DNA of 64,000 nucleotides from the sequence record OR699282.2; one strand, written 5' to 3'. Under the pieces are notes generated by a model. That model made no database searches, had not been told where the DNA came from, and worked only from the letters and a program-made list of their open reading frames with translations. Positions 57,097 through 64,000 of the stretch are shown one piece after another; within the stretch, counting starts at the first letter, position 1; each line of letters begins with the position of its first letter. Source of the stretch: Escherichia phage BAU.Micro_ELP-22. The position numbers and the translations under genes are program-made.

Positions 57097-59760
57097 TTAT
57101 TGACATGCCTCTAAACGACGAGCCATTAACTCAGCACGGCGAGTAGTTTGGCGATACCAAGCTGAATTACGTATTTGAGCAGCAGCTTGTTTATAATTAC
57201 CTTTAGCTAATTCAGACAACATAGTTTTAAATTTAAGTACCCCACCTTTACCCATCTGGAATACCATTTGGCATAGTACTTGTTGAGCCAAATAAGGTGT
57301 TTTCATGTTGTATGAAGCATAAATTGATTTAGCATCATATATAGCTTTACTACTATCACGAACTAACATATCGTTGGCTTGCTGTTCAGTTATTCCATCT
57401 GAAAAGTTTTCACCACTAATAATTAAGTGACCATAACCAATAGTTGGATACCCACGACTATCCAAATAACGCCAGAATTTACCATTACGATAATATCCTT
57501 TTGCTTGTTGGTATTGTAATGTACCTTCATATTCTTTTAATTCAGAAATAAATTGTGCATCACCTGGAACAACTTTCCAATCGATTGCAGTTTTATCAAC
57601 ATTTCCAATATTATAGGTAGGTTGCTCCACCGGAGTTGTTGAAGCTCCACTTCTCTGTGTTCTTCTCCTACGAGGCACATGACGAGAACCACGTTGAGAA
57701 TATCCAGTACCTATCGTTTTGATTTTTGTTGTAACTACCAATTCATCACTATCAACTGAAGGTTGTACAACTGCTTTTGGAGCAGATTGATTAGTTGCTT
57801 GACCACCAATTAATGTTTTATTCGCCGCATCAGACCCTGTTCCTGTTTGTGAAGCATAAAATAATCCTGGGTCAACAGAACCACTGAATCCAAGAACATT
57901 TGCTGATGTAACACGAATTTCAAACTGTATGACACCATTTGCTTTTCCAACAACTTGACCTTTTTGAACAACATCTTTGTTTAATAAATCAGATTGAATA
58001 TTATAAAAAATAGATTTATATCCAGACTTATGTTGTATTAAAAGAGCACCATTAGTAATTACTACCACACCACCATCTGGTGCAACTACATCACCTTTAC
58101 ATTGTATTTCCCAACCTGAACGGTCTGCCTTTCCTCCACTTTGTGTTGGAACACCTTTCCCCCAGTAACCATATTGTCGAATAGTGCCGCTACATGGCAT
58201 TAACATATGTAAACCTTCATATGTAATACTATATCCAGTCATCCCAGGATCAGATGTCATCAAATCTTGTGATTGAACTTGTTCAGTTTCTGATGTATAG
58301 TTAACAAACTGAACAGCTTCAGTGTCTTGTGCTACGGGTAATTCTGGTGATACATCATTTGCTGGTTGTGGTTGTACTGGTGATTCACTAGAACCACTTC
58401 CACCACCTTGTCTTGGTGGTTCAACATAACTACCATGATTTTCAGCGTTAACCCATGCAGCAATATCATGAATGTGTTCATTAAGACCAGCAGATGGTGT
58501 TCTAAAGTTTGGTGCAGTAAATTCAGCAGTACCGCTATTACCACCACTATTAACTGTTAATGTTTGACCACCACCACTAATAATTGCTGATGATGATCCA
58601 ATTAGGTTTGCAGATGTTGCGGCAGAAATAGAAGCATTTGAACCAGCCGTAATATCAGTACTGCTACCACTTTGCATACGTAATGATGCAGCAGTAACTA
58701 AACGAAGGTCTGCCCCAGAATTAACAACAACTTGTCCACCAACTTTTGCATCAAGAGCACCAATTAGATCTAATTTAGTATTTGCACCAACTCGTGCATT
58801 GAAATCTTGTCCGGTTTCAATATTATATGAACGTCCAGCAGTAATATTAATATCTTGACCAGCACGAATATTAATATTCTTATCACAGTGCATGTCAATA
58901 TCACCTTCACCAGTGAATTTTATACGTGCAGTTCCATCACGGTTAATTAAAAGAACATCACCAGTAGCTTCTGATAAAAGAAGTTGTGCACCACTACGTG
59001 TTTTTATTACGACACCTTCATTTTTACGAGAACCAACACGTGTATCGTTTACTGGGTTATTAAATTGTGTATCTTGATATCCATCTGGGTCTTGATCCCA
59101 CGTTGGTGCTGTTAATTCCTCTTCAGTATATCCATCATCAATAATAAAACTATTACCACGTGGCGAAGACATACCATATACAGTACTGGTGGTTTGTCGA
59201 GTACTACTACGATTCGCCAACCCAGCTTCTTCGTCATATAAAAGGTTTTGCTTTTTAAGACCTGCGATAATTGGAACGTTAGCATATTTGTCTTGCATAT
59301 CGGTAGTGATAGTGTTACGATCATAGTCAGTAACAGGAAGTGGCATATCAGTTCCACCATAATTACTTACTTCAGTTGCCATACCTGGAACCATAGTATT
59401 CATACGCTGGTCATATACACAACCAATCCAATATGCTTGGAATGTACGGGCTTGTGCAAAAATTACAACAACTGTACACCCTACGTCTGGTGGTACTGCC
59501 CAAAAACCGTATCCTTTTGGATATTGACCATATGCATCAGCACTTGGAATACCTGGTGTTTTACCAGCAAAAGGAGACATGTAAGATGCTTCTATCCATG
59601 ATTCTTTTGAGTTTTTATCACTTTGAGAACCTTGTATCCAAACTTTCAGTTTTCCTGATTTAGTTGGATCTCTGTTATCCATAACAGTTGCTAACTGCGG
59701 ATAAGATGGGTCAAAACGACCCAACTGCTGTTGTGCATACTTTTTACTTGTATCTGCCAT
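57097..59760 (-). CDS. baseplate central spike protein with C-terminal GH24 lysozyme domain
   Basis: Central NINIRAGQDINITAGRSYNIETGQDFNARVGANTKLDL-type beta-helical repeats; M23/LytM-like region lacking obvious HxxxD and HxH; C-terminal YEGT...YLDSRGYPTIGYGH...CQMVFQMGKGGVLKF...SAWYRQTTRRAELM. Confidence 0.75.
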   Translation of the reverse strand: MADTSKKYAQQQLGRFDPSYPQLATVMDNRDPTKSGKLKVWIQGSQSDKNSKESWIEASYMSPFAGKTPGIPSADAYGQYPKGYGFWAVPPDVGCTVVVIFAQARTFQAYWIGCVYDQRMNTMVPGMATEVSNYGGTDMPLPVTDYDRNTITTDMQDKYANVPIIAGLKKQNLLYDEEAGLANRSSTRQTTSTVYGMSSPRGNSFIIDDGYTEEELTAPTWDQDPDGYQDTQFNNPVNDTRVGSRKNEGVVIKTRSGAQLLLSEATGDVLLINRDGTARIKFTGEGDIDMHCDKNINIRAGQDINITAGRSYNIETGQDFNARVGANTKLDLIGALDAKVGGQVVVNSGADLRLVTAASLRMQSGSSTDITAGSNASISAATSANLIGSSSAIISGGGQTLTVNSGGNSGTAEFTAPNFRTPSAGLNEHIHDIAAWVNAENHGSYVEPPRQGGGSGSSESPVQPQPANDVSPELPVAQDTEAVQFVNYTSETEQVQSQDLMTSDPGMTGYSITYEGLHMLMPCSGTIRQYGYWGKGVPTQSGGKADRSGWEIQCKGDVVAPDGGVVVITNGALLIQHKSGYKSIFYNIQSDLLNKDVVQKGQVVGKANGVIQFEIRVTSANVLGFSGSVDPGLFYASQTGTGSDAANKTLIGGQATNQSAPKAVVQPSVDSDELVVTTKIKTIGTGYSQRGSRHVPRRRRTQRSGASTTPVEQPTYNIGNVDKTAIDWKVVPGDAQFISELKEYEGTLQYQQAKGYYRNGKFWRYLDSRGYPTIGYGHLIISGENFSDGITEQQANDMLVRDSSKAIYDAKSIYASYNMKTPYLAQQVLCQMVFQMGKGGVLKFKTMLSELAKGNYKQAAAQIRNSAWYRQTTRRAELMARRLEACQ

Positions 59761-59773
59761 AATATTTTATTCC

Positions 59774-62023
59774 TTAATCAACTATACTATCGTGACGTTT
59801 GAGTGCACGAATTACAATTGCAGCTTGAATTTGTTGTGTAAAAGAACCACCTGCACCAAAATCATGAACAATTTTATTAACACGATAAATTGTTTGGTTA
59901 AATGTGGTTGGTGTATTAATATCCAAAACACCAGTGTTATCATTTATTGATATTACTGGTTGTAATTTTAGTAATAGATACGCTTCAGATGTTATATAAT
60001 TTGCTACATGATAATCATCTGGGTTAATTTCCATATCTTCACCATTAATTACTTGTTCTAGATATTGTAAGTAAGAGTAATCACTCCACCCTAACCAGTA
60101 CGGGTCACCTACTACACGCATATCGAGTTTACACAAAAAAGGTCTATTGTAATAGTTGTCACGTATTTTACGTCTATCCATTTCATATGTGCTGCTGTTA
60201 TCGTTTAACGAAGCGGATAAAGTTGTTTCATTGTTAGTTGCTTCGGTTGGCATTGTGAACACTTCACCATAACGGTGACCAACACCATCAGTGCCACCAT
60301 CGTTTTCTTCATAAGTGGTTACATAATCTTCAATATATTGAGGTAAAACATTGACTTGATAGTTATTATAACGGTCTTGTTCTTCTGCGTTACCAACCTG
60401 CATTTGATTTTTTGCTAAAGTTTCAACTTCAGTTAACAATTGTTGTTGGGCTTGTGTTAACATCCCTCCTAAATCACGAGTTACACGTAAATCACTTGTT
60501 TTTGCCCATGCGTCTGGTATACTATTGTATTGTACACCTTGAATATTGAGTTCTTGGGATGTATGTGTACCTGCATGGTTCGCTACATCTTGTATCGGAC
60601 CAGGGTTACGTGTAGTGGCTACGAAAAATTGCTGATCAAATTTCAAATCCAAATCAAGTATCTCACTATTAAGCCCACTAAATTGATAATTATAAGTTTT
60701 CATGTTTATTTTTGGTTTTTGATCATTAGGATCTACGTATTTTTCTGCGTTCTCAAAAAAGTACTCAAATGTGAAATTTTCAGGTTGTAAATCCGATTCA
60801 TGAACAATATCACCTATTTTAAATCTAACAATATAAAAAATTACTTTATAAACAGAAGTATTACGATAATTATCAAAACCAACGTATTGTTTAACTGGTA
60901 TAATGTTTACAAATTGACGCACACTAGTACTATCATCGGCTTGTACAGTACATGTATCAATAACGTCATCAATAATTCGAGATATAGGAGTACTTGGGTT
61001 CCATGAAAAGTTTTTAGAACCTTGTGCACCACTTTTAGTTGTTCCGGCCTCTGCCATTTGTTTAGAATCATAGTTTATAAACAAATCTTGCAAATCAGGT
61101 GCTACTTTAAATTCGAAAAATTTACCTTCGGATAATTCACCAAATTTATATCTAAGATAACCATATTGTTGGTCAGCCATCTGATTTAATTTATCTTCTA
61201 AATCAAAGCAGAAGTCACCAAAGTTTTCAGCAGTACAATTGAATGGTTCTTTTAAGGTCCATTCAATGTTATCAACTAAAGCTGCTCTATTATGAACTAA
61301 GTTCATAGTATACATCATAGTACTACCACTTTGTGAAGCACTTGCAGTAACACTATTAATTTTAACTGACCAGCGTCTTGTTGTTTCTGGGATAATTTCA
61401 GGTATTCCATTTTTATTAAAGCCAATAAACTTTAATTCCAAGATCAATGGCAAGTCCATAAATTTATGATATCTAAGTTTGTTACTTAACGAAATTAATT
61501 CATCATATAGACTCATACTATTATTTTCAGACATATTAAGTACTGCTGTATTAAAACAATAGTTTGTTGTCATTCCTGGTGTTGAAGGTCCAGCTTGTGT
61601 CATTTGTACACTAGTGATATTATATTTGCCAGTAACACCACTTTCTGATATCACATGTCGTTGCACTTCTGCATCTGGGTAAAGCCAAAAGTTTTTAAAA
61701 TCATCTTTATCTAAGGCAAATAAACAAAAGTGCCAAGTTGGGTTATCATATTTCAATAATTTATTGTCATACGGTATTACAAACTGACTTAAATCGAGAT
61801 CTTCATAAACTTGATCAACACTAGCACTTTGTTTTGGTAATGATACTACATTACTTACATTTGCTTTGTAATTATTTTTTGTAATAGTTTTTACATCATT
61901 TTGTAATGTATTTGCTGTAGCTTTCAAACTATCAAGTGCATTAGATGTGGTGGTTTTAGCCTTACCAGTAATACTTGTAATATCATTTTGAAAATTATCA
62001 ACTGTACTTCGTAAATCTGCCAT
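59774..62023 (-). CDS. hypothetical baseplate protein (possibly hub-associated)
   Basis: 749 aa directly upstream of the spike gene; ATG with GGAG SD; position only. Confidence 0.4.
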   Translation of the reverse strand: MADLRSTVDNFQNDITSITGKAKTTTSNALDSLKATANTLQNDVKTITKNNYKANVSNVVSLPKQSASVDQVYEDLDLSQFVIPYDNKLLKYDNPTWHFCLFALDKDDFKNFWLYPDAEVQRHVISESGVTGKYNITSVQMTQAGPSTPGMTTNYCFNTAVLNMSENNSMSLYDELISLSNKLRYHKFMDLPLILELKFIGFNKNGIPEIIPETTRRWSVKINSVTASASQSGSTMMYTMNLVHNRAALVDNIEWTLKEPFNCTAENFGDFCFDLEDKLNQMADQQYGYLRYKFGELSEGKFFEFKVAPDLQDLFINYDSKQMAEAGTTKSGAQGSKNFSWNPSTPISRIIDDVIDTCTVQADDSTSVRQFVNIIPVKQYVGFDNYRNTSVYKVIFYIVRFKIGDIVHESDLQPENFTFEYFFENAEKYVDPNDQKPKINMKTYNYQFSGLNSEILDLDLKFDQQFFVATTRNPGPIQDVANHAGTHTSQELNIQGVQYNSIPDAWAKTSDLRVTRDLGGMLTQAQQQLLTEVETLAKNQMQVGNAEEQDRYNNYQVNVLPQYIEDYVTTYEENDGGTDGVGHRYGEVFTMPTEATNNETTLSASLNDNSSTYEMDRRKIRDNYYNRPFLCKLDMRVVGDPYWLGWSDYSYLQYLEQVINGEDMEINPDDYHVANYITSEAYLLLKLQPVISINDNTGVLDINTPTTFNQTIYRVNKIVHDFGAGGSFTQQIQAAIVIRALKRHDSIVD

Positions 62024-62034
62024 ACGTTACTCCA

Positions 62035-62349
62035 TTAGCCTATGTTTCGAGTACCATTAAGATAATTCTGTACTCTTTGATTTGCTGGTATTCTAATTGT
62101 TACTCCACTTTTAAAATTATATATAGGATCTTCTCCTAGTATGTCTGGATTTAACAATGCGAAAATATAATATAAGCGTTCATTACCATACATTTCGTAT
62201 GCTAAACGCCAAGGTTGATATTCATATTTCAATGGGATCTCATAAAAATCATCAGTATCAGCCGGAACAATATCACGTGGTAAATTATACCCAAGATACC
62301 ATGTTTGTTTCACCTTAGCGTAAGGTGAGTATTGACTATAGTTGGACAT
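62035..62349 (-). CDS. hypothetical protein
   Basis: Start overlaps the upstream stop (TAATG). Confidence 0.4.
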   Translation of the reverse strand: MSNYSQYSPYAKVKQTWYLGYNLPRDIVPADTDDFYEIPLKYEYQPWRLAYEMYGNERLYYIFALLNPDILGEDPIYNFKSGVTIRIPANQRVQNYLNGTRNIG

Positions 62350-63080
62350 TAAATGAATCCTCCTTTACGTAATAGTTCACCACGTTTGAATGCATTGAGG
62401 TTGAACGTTTTAGTCATATAATCCGATGTTGGTTGTTCTTCAAGTTGTAACATAACTGAGATTTTTTGTGGAACCCAAACTTCATCTTGTGGGTTCATAT
62501 ATCCAGTACTTCTAAGTTGTTCGAAGAATTTTCTACTATCCATGTCGGATAAATTAAAAGTACTATCGCTACTATTCAACGGAACTTGAATATAAGAAAC
62601 ATCATTTGGGTAAGTAAAATTATAAGATTTTAAAATAACAGGAATATCATTATATGTATAACGACCATATCCACTTAGAAGTAAGATTGGTGGTGGTGCA
62701 CCTGCAATTGCGAGTTCGGGGTTATTAGCCGAAGCAGCTTGTCTACCAAAATCCATCAACGAAACAGAACGTATAAAATGAACACATGCCAACGCATACA
62801 TAGCTTCTGCTGCGGTATTCGCATAAAATTCACCCTGAATCGTGAAAACTGTATTAGTAGTGTTCTTATAGTTGTTATAGTTACTGTTAGTATGTATAGG
62901 GGACTGTGTTTCATACTGAATTGACCTTTGTTCAGTAATTGTTGGTGTTACAGTCCAAACCAACCCATTAGTTGGACGCAGAAACGAAAGTAGAGTTGGT
63001 TCGGAGCTATCTCCAAAATCACCATATACATAGTTAGCACCTGCGGCTTTAGGTCGTAATCGAATTCTACGATCAATCAT
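62349..63080 (-). CDS. hypothetical protein
   Basis: ORF-track start 63170 is TTG; first ATG with GGAGAA SD at 63080. Confidence 0.4.
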   Translation of the reverse strand: MIDRRIRLRPKAAGANYVYGDFGDSSEPTLLSFLRPTNGLVWTVTPTITEQRSIQYETQSPIHTNSNYNNYKNTTNTVFTIQGEFYANTAAEAMYALACVHFIRSVSLMDFGRQAASANNPELAIAGAPPPILLLSGYGRYTYNDIPVILKSYNFTYPNDVSYIQVPLNSSDSTFNLSDMDSRKFFEQLRSTGYMNPQDEVWVPQKISVMLQLEEQPTSDYMTKTFNLNAFKRGELLRKGGFI

Positions 63081-63126
63081 CTTTTTGATTCTCCATAATA
63101 AGGGAACATTTGATGTATTTATACGT

Positions 63127-63154
63127 GGGACAAACTGCTTTTTGGTGCTATAAT
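63127..63154 (+). promoter_or_regulatory. sigma70-type promoter (GTGGGACAA, 16 nt, TGcTATAAT)
   Basis: GGGACA 63127-63132; TG 63146-63147; TATAAT 63149-63154; palindrome GGTACAAGGATTGTACC at 63164-63180 follows. Confidence 0.5.
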
Positions 63155-63211
63155 AACATTGATGGTACAAGGATTGTACCTATTGGATTTAAACATGGAG
63201 AGTAAAATACA

Positions 63212-64000
63212 ATGACAAATAGACCAAAGCGTAAAAAGTATCTCAATAATGCTGATTTACTTCGTGAAATACAAAAAAGTAAAATTTCATATTGCTGGTT
63301 ATTAGACAAATCATATAGTATGTATGATTATATTGTTTTTCATGAGTCAGAAATTACTGCTGAGTTACTAGAAAAAGCTAAGGCAGCACGAATTAAACGA
63401 CTGAACAATGAAATGCTTGATAGTATTCGTGAAAAGGAAAATATGAGTGCTAAAAAAGCTAAAGAATATGCAGATGAACACAATTTAGTTATCACTGACG
63501 TTCCAATTGATGAAGTTGTTATTCGTGTTATTACAGATGAACATATTCCACCAGATACTAGAGTTAACTTTGAACCATTCAAGCATTATATTGTAGATAA
63601 TGAAGGTATTCTCTATGAAGTTTGTCGTTCTCACTGGAAAGGCGACCTTGAAACTGGTGAATTCAGTACTGTTCATGGTAAAATTACAAATGAACTTGGG
63701 AAGATGTTCATTAAACTTGCAGAGGAAATCTCACACAAATCTAATTACAGAAACTATACATACTTAGATGAAATGATGGGTGATGCAAGAATACAATTAG
63801 TTAAAAACGCACTTCTCTTTAAAGAGAGCATTCTTTATAAAAAAGATAAACCAGCAGTTCAGCTAAATCCTTTCTCTTACTATACATCATTCGTAAACAA
63901 TAGTTTTCGTTCTATATTGAATAGTGAGAAAAATGTTCGAAATATACGTGATGATTTACTTGAAATGCATGGCTTTACGCCATCACATACACGTCAAATT
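63212..64000 (+). CDS. gp55-like late-transcription sigma factor (5' part; runs off the window)
   Basis: Frame open from ATG 63212 to the window end, not in the ORF track because no stop is present; KKYLNNADLLREIQ, GKMFIKLAEEISHKSNYRNYT and NPFSYYTSFVNNSFRSI resemble T4 gp55 regions. Confidence 0.55.
   Translation, partial: MTNRPKRKKYLNNADLLREIQKSKISYCWLLDKSYSMYDYIVFHESEITAELLEKAKAARIKRLNNEMLDSIREKENMSAKKAKEYADEHNLVITDVPIDEVVIRVITDEHIPPDTRVNFEPFKHYIVDNEGILYEVCRSHWKGDLETGEFSTVHGKITNELGKMFIKLAEEISHKSNYRNYTYLDEMMGDARIQLVKNALLFKESILYKKDKPAVQLNPFSYYTSFVNNSFRSILNSEKNVRNIRDDLLEMHGFTPSHTRQI

Noticed and set aside
63340-63676. Minus-strand ORFs 63340-63582 and 63485-63676
   Set aside because: Antisense to the gp55-like frame, which has recognisable conserved blocks and a promoter and SD upstream.

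Overview
This 64 kb window reads as a contiguous segment of a large, AT-rich, tailed-phage genome with a contractile-tail (myovirus) gene set. Assignments rest on motifs I can read in the translations plus gene order; no database search was run. On the + strand (180-19857) lie a tail sheath gene, two tandem paralogous tail-tube-like genes, a PD-(D/E)xK nuclease-like ORF, a cluster of acidic hypothetical proteins, a MoxR-type AAA+ ATPase paired with a HExxH/VWA protein behind tandem promoters, and a nucleotide-metabolism operon ending in thymidylate synthase. A minus-strand block (19892-34464) carries six fibre or spike genes, including a depolymerase-type tailspike and an 1841-aa repetitive fibre. 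Further on are a Nudix hydrolase, a ClpA-like double AAA+ unfoldase with its own promoter, and a long minus-strand baseplate operon (42547-63170) with a 3333-aa giant ORF, baseplate-J-like and gp25-like proteins, a stand-alone GH24 lysozyme and a spike protein ending in a lysozyme domain. The window ends with the 5' part of a gp55-like late sigma factor. The most unusual content is the codon-distinct MoxR/VWA cassette, the ClpA homologue with a conserved IG[LM] loop, and the spike with a C-terminal cell-wall-degrading extension. Several ORF-track starts are TTG/GTG and were moved to the first in-frame ATG with a Shine-Dalgarno (SD) sequence. No tRNA, rRNA, CRISPR array or integrase was found.
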